A DNA stretch of 64,000 nt, taken from assembly GCA_951406725.2 (NCBI GenBank), contig OX597837.1, forward strand, positions 32,054,001 to 32,118,000. Reading direction: 5' to 3'. The DNA comes from Octopus vulgaris. Taxonomy: Eukaryota. Shown here one piece after another: positions 1 to 12,970 of the stretch. A program made the translations under genes and the position numbers. Within the stretch, counting starts at the first letter, position 1. Each line of letters opens with the position of its first letter. The notes under the pieces were generated by a model. That model saw only the letters and a program-made list of their open reading frames with translations. It made no database searches and had not been told where the DNA came from.

Positions 1-361
1 CTGCTGCTTAATACATGAAAGACTTACTGTATGTAGTGTTAACTTAGAATGTGAGAAACTGGCTGATAAGGTACATTATATTTGTGGTCAACACAAAATA
101 AGACCAGTATATTTTAGTAACGTTACTATCTGTGCAAGCCACGGTGATTTTATCGTATAGTAAAAGGCCTGGCTCTGGCTGAGAGAGAAGATGCAATATA
201 TTTCTGGTTTATAAAACAGCAGGGCTCTGTTCTGTTTTAACATATTCTCCGCTGTTATTTCACCTGAGCTGAACTCTTTCGCAATATGGGAATATGGGAA
301 TATGGGAAAATTGCGTCTACGTAGACGCACACTCGCACACACGCGCACGCGCGCGAGCACT

Positions 362-408
<47 letters not shown>

Positions 409-454
409 ATACACAAATGAAAATTATATAACTATATATGTTACTGGAAAATGT

Positions 455-1007
455 TTGTGGCTGTGTGGTAAGTAGCTTGCTTACCAACCACATGGTTCCG
501 GGTTCAGTCCCACAGCGTGACACCTTGGGCAAGTATCTTCTACTATTGCCTCGAGCCAACCAAAGTTTTGTGAGTGGATTTGGTAGACGGAAACTGAAAG
601 AAGCTTGTCATATGTATATATATATATATGTATATATATGTATGTTTATGTTTGTCCCCTCCCCCCAACATCGCTTGACAACCGACGCTGGTGTGTTTAC
701 GTCCCCGTAACTTAACTTTGTGAGTGGATTTGGTAGACGGAAACTGAAAGAATCCCGTCGTATATATGTATATATATATGTGTGTGTGCGTGTATGTTTG
801 TGTTTCTGTGTTTGTCCCCCTAGCATTGCTTGACGACCGACGCTGGTGTGTTTATGTCCACGTAACTTAACGGTTCAGCAAACGAGCCCGATAGAATAAG
901 TACCAGGCTTACAAAGAATAAGTCCTGGGGTCGATTTGCTCGACTAAAACGGGGTGCTCCAGCATGGCCGCAGTCAAATGACTGAAACGAGTACAAGAGT
1001 ACAGGAG
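455..1007 (+). mobile_element. SINE family A (tRNA-like head, CORE-like CCTTGGGCAAG box, central microsatellite, (GTAAAAGA)n tail) with internal ~150-bp duplication
   Basis: Head GGCTGTGTGGTAAGTAGC...GGTTCAGTCCC and tail CCAGCATGGCCGCAGTCAAATGACTGAAAC. TTTGTGAGTGGATTTGGTAGACGGAAACTG occurs twice (~567 and ~717). More than 20 related copies in the window. Confidence 0.9.
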
Positions 1008-1159
1008 TACATATTAGAGATAAGAAATTGCCTACGCGTATTATATCGGTTTCACGGCTCATGCAATAGCGGAAGGGTTAAACCAGAGAATGTCTCTGTT
1101 TTCCATTTCCACTAAATCGTGAGACATTTTCTACACATTCTTCTTTCTTCTTTGCAACC

Positions 1160-1505
1160 ATTCCTTAAGACTAATGCGCCATTATAGTAGGGTGTGGCTC
1201 TTCTGAATATGGCCCTGTCAGAAGACAGGTTAGATTTTATCCTGCTTATACTGCCAACTAGATTTTCATGATTATAGAATGGTACAGTGAGAACGGGGGG
1301 TGGGGTGAAATTGGGGAGTCAGCTTCATTATGTTTTATAGTTGTGTTGTACTTTTCTGTAGTTAAGTGTAATGCTATATCTGAAATATTGACGAATTTAC
1401 GGTTAATGCTGATGGCTGTTCTTAAATTAAATTCACTAAAAATGCTTATTATATCGTTCGTAAGGCTTTCCGTGCAATCATTATTTCGTGAAACCCCAAT
1501 TAAGT
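1160..1505 (-). pseudogene. Penelope-like retroelement reverse transcriptase fragment (C-terminal/thumb region), frameshifted
   Basis: Manual translation of the minus strand gives ESLTNDIISIFSEFNLRTAISINRKFVNISDIALHLTTEKY, then after a frameshift NLVGSISRIKSNLSSDRAIFRRATPYYNGAL. This matches the recalled PLE pattern VNFLDVTLNL...SISRRISNLSS..IF..AAPYYNNAL. Confidence 0.8.
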
Positions 1506-1581
1506 TTCTCAGTTCCTTTATGCTTTCGTTTTGGGTGTAGTTTGTCTGCGTACATCCTGTTATGGTACCTCAAGAAACTGT

Positions 1582-2015
1582 AAGGTGGCGCGCTAGCAGA
1601 AGCGTTAACTCGCCAGGCGAAAAGCTTCACGGTACTTCGTCTGCCGTTACGTTTTGAGTTCAAATTCCCCCGAGGTCGACTTTGCCTTTCATCCATTCGG
1701 GGTCGATTAAATAAGTACCAGTTACACACTGGGGTCGATATAATCGACTTAATCTGTTTGTATGTCCTTGTTTGTCTTCTCTGTGTTTAGCTCCTTGTGG
1801 GTAGTAAAGAAATAGATACTTCGTCTGCCGCTACGTTCTGAGTTCAAATTCCGCAGGGGTGACTTTGCCTTTCATCCTTTCGGGGTCGATAAATTAAGTA
1901 CCAGTTACGCACTGGGGGTCGATAAAATTGACTTAACCCGTTTGTCTGTCCTTGTTTGTCTTCTCTGTGTTTAGCTCCTTGTGGGTAGTAAAGAAATAGG
2001 TATTCCGTCTGTCTT
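1582..2015 (+). mobile_element. SINE family F (tRNA-like head, Nin/Deu-like core, LINE-like tail), 2 tandem units
   Basis: A-box-like CTAGCAGAAGCGTTA, B-box GAGTTCAAATTCC, core GGTCGACTTTGCCTTTCATCCTTTCGGGGTCGATAAATTAAGTACCAG, tail TTGTGGGTAGTAAAGAAATA; body repeated. Confidence 0.9.
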
Positions 2016-2078
2016 TCCGCGAGGACGTGGAATAAATATAGTATTATTGGACGCTCAGGAAAGAAGGAAAGAAGGAGG

Positions 2079-2113
2079 GTTTAACGTTTCGAGCGGAGCT
2101 CTTCGTCGGAAAC
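2079..2113 (-). ncRNA. Minimal hammerhead-ribozyme-like motif (Penelope-type), variant core
   Basis: Minus strand reads GTTT-CCGACGAA-GAGC-TCC-GCTC-GAA-ACGT-T-AAAC: helix I GTTT/AAAC, stem II GAGC/GCTC, palindromic ACGT helix III. The core deviates from CUGANGA. Confidence 0.55.
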
Positions 2114-2199
2114 ATAGGCGAATGAAAGATCCAGAGAAGGGAAGACAGAGGAAAAAATCGCCAACGGTACACACGCCAACGGTCACATTATGTATGTAT

Positions 2200-2453
2200 G
2201 TATTATGTATGTATGTATGTATGTATGTATGTGCATATGTTTGTGTGTCTGTGTTTGTCCCCCACCCGAGCATCGCTTGACAACCGATGCTAGTGTGTTT
2301 ACGCCCCCGTAACTTAGCGGTTCGGCAAATAAGACCGATAGAATAAGTACAAGGCTTACAAAGAATTAGTCCTGGGGTCGATTTTCTCGACTAAAGGCGG
2401 TGCTCCAGCATGACCACAGTCAAATGACTGAAACAAGTAACAGAGTAAAAGAG
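2200..2453 (+). mobile_element. SINE A, 3' half only
   Basis: Begins in the (TATG)n tract and runs to GACTGAAACAAGTAACAGAGTAAAAGAG. Confidence 0.85.
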
Positions 2454-2546
2454 TATCTGTTTTGTGGAACCAGATTTTATAGATGGTTTATATAAGGTCG
2501 GAGTGGTCGTGTAGCACTTATATAAACCAGCTAAAAAATCTAAAAA

Positions 2547-2818
2547 ATCGACCCCAGGACTTATTCTTTGTAAGCCTAATACTTATTCTATCGGTCTTAT
2601 TTGCTACTAGGTTACGGGGACGTAAACACACCAGCATCGATTGTCAAGCAATGTTAGCGGGTGGGTGGAGAAATACACACACACAAACATATACACACAC
2701 ACATACACACACATATATATATATACATATATACGACGGGCTTCTTTCAGTTTCCGTCTACCAAATCCACTCACAAGGCTTTGGTCGGCCCGAGGCTATA
2801 GTAGAAGACACTTGCCCC
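2547..2818 (-). mobile_element. SINE A, internal fragment
   Basis: Reverse complement of the A body with central (CA/TA)n; truncated at both ends. Confidence 0.85.
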
Positions 2819-3031
2819 AGCTTAGGAGAATATGAAATGGCATGAACGTGGTATTGACGCATACGAGACTGTATGTGCTTTGTGAACGTGTGGAAAGATC
2901 GTGTAGGTAAAGTTGGAAAAGTCGGATGAGAGGACGGATCCACGGAGGTGTCCGATACGGGAACTTTCAAATATTCTAGTTGTATTGTTCTTTTACTCCA
3001 AATCGACTTAGCATTCTGAGATGTAATTAGT

Positions 3032-3247
3032 TACTCTTTTACTCTTTTACTTGTTTCAGTCATTTGACTGCGGCCATGCTGGAGCACCACCTTTAATCGA
3101 GCAACTCGACCCCAGGTACCTATTCTTTTGTAAGCCCAGTACTTATTCTATCGGTCTCTTTTGCCGAACCGCTAAGTAACGGGGACATAAACACACCAGC
3201 ATCGGTTGTCAAGCAATGTTGGGGGGACAAACACAGACACACAAACA

Positions 3248-3312
<65 letters not shown>

Positions 3313-3456
3313 GACGGGCTTCTTTCAGTTTCCGTCTACCAAATCCACTCACAAGGCTTTGGTCAGCCCGAGGCTATAGTAGAAGACACTTGCCCAAGGT
3401 GCCACGCAGTGGGACTGAACCCGGAACCATGTGGTTGGTAAACAAGCTACTTACCA
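3032..3456 (-). mobile_element. SINE A, near full length
   Basis: Starts with (TACTCTTT)n tail, has central (TA)n, and ends in AAGCTACTTACCA. Confidence 0.9.
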
Positions 3457-3522
3457 AGCGTTCGGGAAAATAATTTGTGGAATTATATTAGAATATACTT
3501 CGATGTGAATGTGTGACGTATA

Positions 3523-3757
3523 AAGGTGGCGAGCTGGCAGAATCGTTAGCACGTCGGGCAAACATGCTTAGCGGTATTTCGTCCGCCGCTACGTTCTGAG
3601 TTCAAATTTCGCCGAGATCGATTTTGCATTTCATCCTTTCGGGGTCGATTAAATAAGTACCAGTTACGCACTGGGGTCGATGTAATCGCCTTAATCCGTT
3701 TGTCTGTCTTTGTTTATCCCCTCTGTGTTTAGCCCCTTGTGGGTAGTAAAGAAATAG
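3523..3757 (+). mobile_element. SINE F, single unit
   Basis: AAGGTGGCGAGCTGGCAGAATCGTTAGC head through GTAAAGAAATA tail. Confidence 0.9.
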
Positions 3758-4142
3758 ATATAATGTGATTGTGTGTGCGTGTGTGCGTGTGTGTTATGTG
3801 TGCGTGTGCGTGTGTGTGTGAGACAGAGAGAGAGAAAGAAAGAAAGAGAGTGCGTGCGTGCGTGGGTGTGTGTGTTAGTGCATTTGTGCATATGTGCACA
3901 CACACACACACACACACACACGTGCCAAGAGAAATGTTTTGATGCATTTCTGTAATGTGGGTTTGTTTGGGGTTGGTCTCTGGGTGTTTCAGTGTGTGTG
4001 TGTGTTTCTACGCATATACATACATATATAAATATGTATATATATATGCTTGTACGTCTGGATGTATATTTTATATTTATGCATATGTGTGTGGGGTGTA
4101 CATATATCTGCATGTCTTACATACATACATGTATAATATATA

Positions 4143-4206
<64 letters not shown>

Positions 4207-4513
4207 GTATGTATACACGTACGCGCATACATATTGAAACATCCAACCACCCACTCAGATAAGACCCCCACCTCGCTCAAAAACTACATCCAAGCAATTT
4301 GCATACATCCACATACATACACATTAAACCTACACTCACATACACACATACCCACATAAAACCTCTTTATCCGCGCACACACTGTCTATATTCATCAGGG
4401 AATGTAGGCCCTCTATCCCCATTAAAACATCAAAGGAACCAGTTCTAAGAAGGCATGGCTATAGCAGCAATCCATAACTAATTTATTATTTTATTAGGGA
4501 GTTTTGGAGAAGC

Positions 4514-4586
4514 TACCGTGGTTAAGTGGATAAGATGCTAGACAATTAGACTGGAAATCAACGTTCGTATCTTACCTTCGTCACCA
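4514..4586 (+). pseudogene. Degenerate tRNA-like sequence (old SINE head or tRNA pseudogene)
   Basis: GTGGTTAAGTGGATAAG (A box/D arm), GTTCGTATC (B box/T arm) and a terminal CACCA; no intact cloverleaf. Confidence 0.35.
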
Positions 4587-4615
4587 TTCCATGATATATC
4601 TTGTGTATGCGTGAG

Positions 4616-4951
4616 GTGAAGGCGCATGGCTCAGTGGTTAGAGCGTCGAGCTTACGATCGTGGGGTTGTGAGTTCGAATCCCGGACCGGGCTGCGTGTTG
4701 TGTTCTTGAGCAAGACACTTTATTTCACGTTGTTCCAGCTCACTCAGCTGTAGAAATGCGACGTCACAGGTGCCAAGCTGTATTGGCCCCTTTGCCTTTC
4801 CCATGGATAACACTGGTGGCGTGGAGAGGGGAGGCTGGTATGCATGGACGACTGCTGGTCTTCCATAAACAACCTTTACCCCGACTTGTGCCTGGGATAG
4901 TAACTTTCTAGATGCAATCCCATGGTCTGTGTCGTGACCGAAGGGGGTCTC
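4616..4951 (+). mobile_element. SINE family C (tRNA head, CORE-like box, distinct 3' tail)
   Basis: TGGCTCAGTGGTTAGAGC...GTTCGAATCCC head and TTCTTGAGCAAGACACTT box. 11-bp TSD GTATGCGTGAG at 4605-4615 and 4953-4963. Confidence 0.9.
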
Positions 4952-5347
4952 AGTATGCGTGAGAGTGTCTGTATGTGCGTGTTTACTGACGATGATAGCA
5001 ATCCAATGCTGTTCACTATATTTTTAGTTGATCTATTGATTAAATTGAACCATGAACGAGCCTAAGATGTGTATTTGAAACAGCTGTAAGTCTTTAAAGC
5101 TCCAATGTACAAAACTCATTATTTATGATATATATAATGCGGCTGTTACCTAGCCAAGCAGCTACTATGTGTTGATAAAGAGCAATAACCCAGAAACTGG
5201 TCCACAGATGTTGTTTTGCGCTAGGTGGGAGGGCTGAACTCCCTAATCGAAAATATAAGGACACAGACATTGTGCCGTATACCCAGCTGGAAACAATGTT
5301 TCCTGGGGCCAAACAACAGTAACATCGTCCCTTCCAGGACATCCAAA

Positions 5348-5412
5348 CTGGGGGACAAACACAGACACACAAACATATATACACACATACATACATACAT
5401 ACATACATACAT

Positions 5413-5465
<53 letters not shown>

Positions 5466-5640
5466 CATATACATATGAACGATGGACTTCTTTCAATTTC
5501 CGTCTAACAAATCAACTCGCAAGGCTTTGGTCGGCCCGAGGCTATAGCAGAAGACACTTGCCCGAGATGCCAGGCAGTGGGGACTGAATTCGGAACCATG
5601 TGGTTGGTAAGCAAGCTACTTACCACACAGCCACTCCTGC
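5348..5640 (-). mobile_element. SINE A, 5' half
   Basis: Ends at CACACAGCCACTCCTGC; broken just past the central microsatellite. Confidence 0.85.
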
Positions 5641-6111
5641 ACCTTTTATGACTATAATTCTATAAACATGTCATCAGCATTTCACGTCCGTTTTCCATGG
5701 CGGCATGGGTTAGATATGTATGTGTATGCATACATGTATGAATGTATGTGTTTCTGCGTTGTGGGGGTTACATATGTGGATTTGAAAGAATAAGAGAGGA
5801 GGCAGGGTGTGGGTGAGAACGAAAGTGAAGAGATGGTTTTTTTTTTTCATCTTTCATGAAAGCATCTTGCCTACTCATTGCATCCACTCTAACCCCAACC
5901 CTCCCTACATCCTCATCCTCACCGAGCCACTTCAAACTCCTCCTCTTCCTCTCTCATATTTTCCTTTCTTCTTTTCCTTTTTCTTCATTTATTCCACTGT
6001 TATTACCGGCGGGAGATAATAGCCGAAAACAAATGTCAGAAGATACAGTAATTTAATACAACACTGCTGCTATACAAGAGAAACACAAGCAAGAACTTTA
6101 AAAGAAATGCA

Positions 6112-6237
6112 ATTATTATTATTATTATTATTAATATTATTATAATTCATCATCATCATCATTATCATTATCATTATTATCATCATCATCATTATTATTA
6201 TTATTATTATATATTATTATTATTATTATTATTATTA

Positions 6238-6277
<40 letters not shown>

Positions 6278-6327
6278 CATCATCATCATTATTATTATTA
6301 TTATCATCATCATCATCATCATCATCA

Positions 6328-6361
<34 letters not shown>

Positions 6362-6499
6362 CATTATTATTATTATATATTATTATTATTATTATTATTA
6401 TTATTATCATTATTATTATTATTATTATTACTATTATTATTATTATTATTATTATTATCATTATTATTATTATTATTATTACTATTATTATTATTATTA

Positions 6500-6537
<38 letters not shown>

Positions 6538-6539
6538 AA

Positions 6540-6590
<51 letters not shown>
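6112..6590. repeat. (ATT)n/(ATC)n microsatellite
   Basis: Directly visible. Confidence 0.98.
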
Positions 6591-6599
<9 letters not shown>

Positions 6600-7062
6600 G
6601 TACTGGGAAGAGATTAAGACACTTAATCCTGTCCCCTAAAAATGTGAGGTATCGTGTCCGTATAAGATGTCATACTTGATACCAATATGTTAGTTTACGT
6701 AATATAAATGTATATATGGGTGTATGTATATATACATATACGGTTGTGATGGTAGTAGGGATGCTGGTTGTGATGATGGTGATGGTGTTGATTATGGTGG
6801 TGCTTGTTCTGGTACTGGTCGTGGTGCTGGTGCTAATGACTCAAATCCGTGTTGGTTGCAGTAATAAGTGAAAAGTTGTAAAGTCCTGTCACATATGAAG
6901 ATGAGAAGAAAAAACAAACAAATTTTTCTTTGGTCTTAATTGATATATTTAATCAAGATAATAAGTCCCTTCATTATTGATAACATAATCTCATCTACTT
7001 AGCAAAATGTTCATCTCTTGAGCGTAAAATCCTTCAGATATCGAATCAAAGAAACACTCGAT

Positions 7063-7088
7063 TAAGTGTTTTAATCTCTTCCCAGTAC

Positions 7089-7143
<55 letters not shown>

Positions 7144-7181
7144 CAACAACAACAATAATAATAATAATAATGATAATAAGG

Positions 7182-7254
<73 letters not shown>

Positions 7255-7283
7255 TGATAATAATAATAATAATAATAATAATG

Positions 7284-7314
<31 letters not shown>

Positions 7315-7340
7315 TAATAATAATAATAATAATAATAATG

Positions 7341-7429
<89 letters not shown>
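7063..7429 (+). other. TSD-flanked templated insertion: ~35 nt inverted copy of 6591-6625 followed by (AAT)n
   Basis: 7060-7097 is the reverse complement of 6591-6628 (1 mismatch). Direct repeat AACACTCGAT at 7053-7062 and 7430-7439. Confidence 0.8.
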
Positions 7430-7435
<6 letters not shown>

Positions 7436-7487
7436 CGATATTATCTTTTTAACCTCTTCACAATCAATAAACTGCTTTCCCTGAAAA

Positions 7488-7798
7488 CAGGGGATTCTCA
7501 ACCGGAGTCTATAAAAGACTTTTGTGGGTCCATGGATGCAATATAGTAAATTGGGCGCCCCATAGTATTTATTCAGGGGTCATGAAGAATTGCACTTCAG
7601 AACAGTTAAACTTATGTGCAGTAAATTTGTTATATTTCCATAATAAACAAAATATTTTAACAATTATTATTCAAGTCCTAATAATATTTAATTATAAAAC
7701 TACAATAGGATATTTTTAAAAGATCGAATGGCTAAACGGGTCCACCCAAGTAAAACAAGAATCAAAAGGGGTTCATAAAATATGGTTGGGAACCTCTG
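7488..7798. mobile_element. hAT/Charlie-like MITE
   Basis: TIRs CAGGGGATTCTCAACC and GGTTGGGAACCTCTG; 8-bp flanks CCTGAAAA/CCGCAAAA match at 6/8. Confidence 0.7.
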
Positions 7799-7948
7799 CC
7801 GCAAAATAACGTTGTATCGATATGAAAAGATGATGATCAGATGAAGAACGTGCTTAAATTCCATAATATTTATAACAAAACCAACTTTAAGGTAAGCTGC
7901 TGCAGGGGTAAATATTCTTAATGCTAAAATGCGAAAATATTGCAATTG

Positions 7949-8333
7949 ATGGAAGCACTCCGTCGGTTACGACGACGAGGGTTCCGGTTGATCCGAATCA
8001 ACGGAACAGCCTGCTCGTGAAATTAACGTGTAAGTGGCTGAGCATTCCACAGACACGTGTACCCTTAACGTAGTTCTCGGGGATATTCAGCGTGACACAG
8101 AGAGTGACAAGGCCGGCCCTTTGAAATACAGGTACAACAGAAACAGGAAGTAAGAGTGAGAGAAAGTTGTGGTGAAAGAGTAAAGCAGGGATCACCACCA
8201 TCCCCTGCCGGAGCCTCGTGGAGCTTTAGGTGTTTTCGCTCAATAAACACTCACAACGCCCGGTCTGGGAATCGAAACCGCGATCCTATGATCGCGAGTC
8301 CGCTGCCCTAACCATTGGGCCATTGCGCCTCCA
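7949..8333 (-). mobile_element. SINE family B (tRNA-Arg-like head), full length
   Basis: Head GGAGGCGCAATGGCCCA.TGGTTAGGGCAGCGGACTCGCG and tail CCCTCGTCGTCGTAACCGACGGAGTGCTTCCA. TSD ATATTGCAATT at 7937-7947 and 8335-8345. Confidence 0.93.
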
Positions 8334-8878
8334 CATATTGCAATTAAATATACAGCAAAAGGTATCCACTACGCAATTGCGAAATCACAGGAGGAAAAAG
8401 ACTTTGCATACCAGGTTGATATCTTCATCAGCAACGCATCATCAAGCTACAAATTGCTTACCGTGCATACTTTAAAGGTTCCTCGCACCAACACAGTAGA
8501 TCGTTCAGCAAACTTCTTGAAAACACATTATTTTCAGGGTAAATTTGGAAATTGAGAGTCAGTGTAAAATTTATCATAATTTACGGGAAGTATTTGGTAG
8601 TATACAAACCTTTAAGAACTGTTCAGTCATGCATCCTCTGTTCGACAGGAAAACACTACATCATACACGCTGCCTCAGCTTACAAAAAGATTAATTTCGC
8701 CATACCGGCACACGCACAAATTCTCCCTTGGGAATTTCAAAAGAGCTTTTTTTCCTTATTATTATTTCCCTGATGCGTAAAAAAATCAATCAAAGATCTA
8801 TAATCTATACCGTCGATACAAGAAAGTGTCATTTTATAACTTTCCAAGCTGCTGACTGATTAAGAAATGATACCCCTT

Positions 8879-9320
8879 CTCGCTGCTCTATGTTTAGCCC
8901 AATATATTATATGCTTTTATTCATCTCCAAGTAGATTCAGCCGTTAAAATTATTTGATGTTTCCTCGTACTTCCTATATTTCACGCAGACACGCACATAC
9001 ACACATACATATATATAGAGAGAGAGTGGGGGCGAAACATCTATGAGCGTATATATATCTGAATGTACGTTTATACACGCTAAGATGTCTTCCTTTTACC
9101 GTTTACTCGTTTCGATTGCCACACTGCGGCCCTGCTGGAGCATAACACTGAAGAATCCTTAGTCTAATGAATCGGCCCCAGTATTTTTTTAAGCTTGGTA
9201 CTTGGTTCTATCTTTTTATTTTGCCGAACTGATATATTACGGAGACGTAAATACGCCAACACGGGTTGACAAGCGTTGGTGGGAGAGAAACAGAGGCCCA
9301 AAGGCGCCCTCATCTCTGCC
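8879..9320 (+). repeat. First copy of an old local duplication (blocks a-b-c), containing a diverged A-like SINE fragment
   Basis: 8879-9000 resembles 10997-11105; 9015-9092 resembles 11555-11627; 9159-9320 resembles 10758-10918. Confidence 0.85.
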
Positions 9321-9485
9321 ATATATATGTGTGGGGGGGTGTATGTGTCTGTGTGTGTGTCTGTGTCTGTGTAGGTAGGTAATTGTATGCACTTATATAT
9401 ATGTTTCATAGTGAAAACCTAAAAGTGCTCAAAATATTATTACATTGCATATGCCAGAAGCGTGCTGAGTCCACTCCACGCTCAC

Positions 9486-9541
<56 letters not shown>

Positions 9542-9549
9542 TCTCTCTC

Positions 9550-9590
<41 letters not shown>

Positions 9591-9751
9591 AAACACATTT
9601 AATCACGAGATAGATTTGTAAATATTTCTACTTAGAAAATTACTATATGAAACATATACATAAGTGTTGGCGTATATGTTACATATATATATTTGTTTGT
9701 ATATGTGTATATGTATGTCGGTGCGTGTGTCCATGTATGTAGGATGTTTGA

Positions 9752-9786
<35 letters not shown>

Positions 9787-9917
9787 TGTGTGTGTGTGTG
9801 TGCGTAATGTTTGTTTTCAATTTCTTGGCACAAATATCTCGTTAACATCTGAAATTCTTAGTTTCATTTGTTTATTGCCTTTAAACCTCACACGCAACAA
9901 CCAGTCCCACACTCATA

Positions 9918-10134
<217 letters not shown>

Positions 10135-10179
10135 AAATTAGAGACAAAACCACTAAGTTTGGATTTATTCCCTAATATT

Positions 10180-10243
<64 letters not shown>

Positions 10244-10488
10244 ATATATAAATACAATCAACTAAACACACACATCTTACACTATGTATGCAAATATAAG
10301 TTACTAAAGCTTATATATCTACATACATACATACACATCCACGTGTATATACAGGGTGCAAGAGGTATTTGGGGACATATTTGATAATTTAATAAAACAA
10401 CTCCAATCCAACAAAATGCCAAATGTATTTTTAAAATAATTTTCTCACAGATTCTCAGTAAACAAGTGCTCAGCCAGTATTTATTTAT

Positions 10489-10720
10489 AGGCGGTGAGCT
10501 GGCAAAACCGTTAGCACGTCGGACGAAATGCTTAGCCGTATTTCGCCTGCCATTACGTTCTGAGTTCAAATTCCGCCGAGGTCGACTTTGCCTTTTATCC
10601 TTTCGGGGTCGATAAATTACGTACCAGTTACGCACTGGGGTCGATGTAACCGACTTAATACCTATGTCTGTCCTTGTTTGTTCCCTCTATGTTTAGCCCC
10701 TTGTGGGTAATAAAGAAATA
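10489..10720 (+). mobile_element. SINE F, single unit
   Basis: TSD AGTATTTATTT at 10476-10486 and 10721-10731. Confidence 0.92.
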
Positions 10721-11194
10721 AGTATTTATTTTACCGGTACCAAAGGGACGAAATTTTTAGTCTAATGAATCGGCCCAGTGTTTCTTTTAAGCCTGGTACT
10801 TGGTTCTATCCTTTTATTTTGCCGAACTGATATATTACAGGGACGTAAATACGCCAACATGGGTTGTCAAGCGTTGGTGGGGGAGAAACAGAGGCCCTAA
10901 GGCGCCCTCACCTCTGCCAGGAATTTGAACTTAGAACGTAAAGACGGACGAAATGCCGTTAAGTATTTTGCCCGGAGTGCTAACGACTCTCCCAGCTCGC
11001 TGCCCTATGTTTAGCCCAATATATTATATTCTTTTATTCATCCCCAAGTAAAAGTATTTGATATTTCCTCGTACTTCCTATATTTCAGGCAGACACACAC
11101 ATATATAAGATAAATAATATATAAACATATGCATATATACACACATATATGTACATACCTACATCTATATGCATATATACATGCATATATGGGT

Positions 11195-11480
11195 ACAGGA
11201 CATCAAAAAAAGACAGAGTACGAGACACAACACAGGGAATATTCCCCTTCTTCAGTTGTCCCTGTTTTGTCTACTCCGCGTTTTCGAAGGCAAGGATAAG
11301 ACGCGACTTCGTTGAAACAGTCCTTCCCGTAAAGCAAATTAAATGAAATTTTGGATTTTTTACGGAGAGGTAAAAGTGGTAACAAGAACAGGAAAGTAAA
11401 AAACAAAACAAGACAGTAAAAACAATACAAATAACAACAGTAAAAGACAGGACAAGGAGAATAACACAGTAAGAACAAAC
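11195..11480 (-). mobile_element. Unclassified repeat fragment, possibly a Penelope-like terminus
   Basis: Shares CCTTCGAAA(A)CG..GAGTAGA..AAAC...CTGAAGAAGG (minus strand) with 16607-16650; interrupts the duplicated blocks a/b. Confidence 0.4.
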
Positions 11481-11626
11481 GATGAGGGTTGTTAAGTCGA
11501 GACGATGGAAAAATTATTTTGAACGCATTGAAGAGAAAGCTTATGAAAAGGACACAGAGAGAGAGGGCCGAAACATTTATGTGTGTATAAATGACTAAAT
11601 GTACGTTTATACACGCTAATATGTCT

Positions 11627-12410
11627 TCATGAATCGACCTTTTGCTGTAACTGTTTTAACACGGGCCGAAATCGTTGACATGCCTGCACTAAGTGATCCT
11701 TATTCGTGTCGAACATCACCTGGACAGCCGCCTTCAGTGAAGATTTGGTATTGCGAGGATTTTCATTTGCTTCCCTTTCAACAACGATCGAAACGCTTTT
11801 GAAGTCCATGGGATATATATCTGGTAAGCCACACGTTTGGTGTTACGCGATCGTAAGAATTATTCTTGAGTTATGTGGGCTTTGTGAGATGTTGAAGCTT
11901 GTTGAAATACTTATGGTTTCTCACTGCGTATTTCATCCAACAACTGTTTCCAGAACCTCAACGCATTCAGCAGTACGAAAGATATGAGGCAGCATAACAC
12001 AACCTCGATACTCGCCACTCCTAAAACCATCACAATTGCTGGAAACTGGTGGGCATCACGTTGATGAAATCAGAAAGATCTGCTCACAACCATCTGTCAC
12101 TTCTCCTGTTAGATTTTTGGCCTTCGTCGGAGTTTTTCTCAAGAGAGAAATACCAAAACATGCTATGTTCGTGAGGATTTTTAATTTAATTAAGTTACCG
12201 CATGGTACGAATCAAATGGGTTTCGTGTGTCTTTGCAGACGTGAACTTACATCGGATGTCCTCGTGTACCACATTTCTGATAGTCCACTGCGATATCTGA
12301 AGTTTTTTGATGATGAGCCTTATTGGTTTCCAGGATTAGCAGCGACAGTATTTTGAACCCGTTGGATGAACTGAAGTGTCCCAATAGTGTCCATACATCT
12401 GAGGGCTTTC
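11627..12410 (-). pseudogene. Degenerate Tc1/mariner-superfamily transposase, DD37D (maT)-like
   Basis: Manual translation gives the pieces DTIGTLQFIQRVQNTVAANPG, TIRNVVHEDIR, WYFSLEKNSDEGQKSNRRSDRWL*, FPAIVMVLGVAS, VEVLETVV, VFQQASTSHKA, VTPNVW and PMDFKSVSIVVEREANENPRNTKSSLKAAV...KDHLVQACQRFR. Many stops and frameshifts; the first catalytic D is lost. Confidence 0.9.
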
Positions 12411-12732
12411 TCTCTCTCTCTTTCTCACACCTGCTTTAACTGTCTTCGATATCGGTGCATGTCTCTCTTATAATCTTCGTCTAGTCTAACGAGAATTACG
12501 GCCAAAGATGTTTTTTTTTTTCCTGGGTGATGCAGCACCAAGTTTTGCTAGTGAACCGGTCGCGGTCTCAAAGCGACGAAAATATTTTGACAAATTGAAT
12601 TTAAATGTTGAAGTGAATCTAACGGCTTTTGTGTGTTTCTTAAATGGCTTATAAACACCTTCCACGCTGCAATTGCTTTCGTTCCAGCACACGATCTCAT
12701 ATCAGGTCACTTGCTATGCAAGTACATCTCCG

Positions 12733-12852
<120 letters not shown>

Positions 12853-12935
12853 ATAGCAAAATACATATCTCTCTCTTTCCCTTTCTCCTCCCCTCTCTCT
12901 CTCACACACTCCCTCTCTTTCTCTCTTTCTTTCTT

Positions 12936-12970
<35 letters not shown>

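Noticed and set aside
10351-10450. TA|CAGGGTG as the terminal inverted repeat of the maT-like element
   Set aside because: It lies 1.2 kb from the ORF end and no matching inverted end was found on the other side.
12549-12590. GTCGC/GCGAC stem followed by GAAA as a hammerhead
   Set aside because: No CUGANGA-like core before the stem and no helix I or III.
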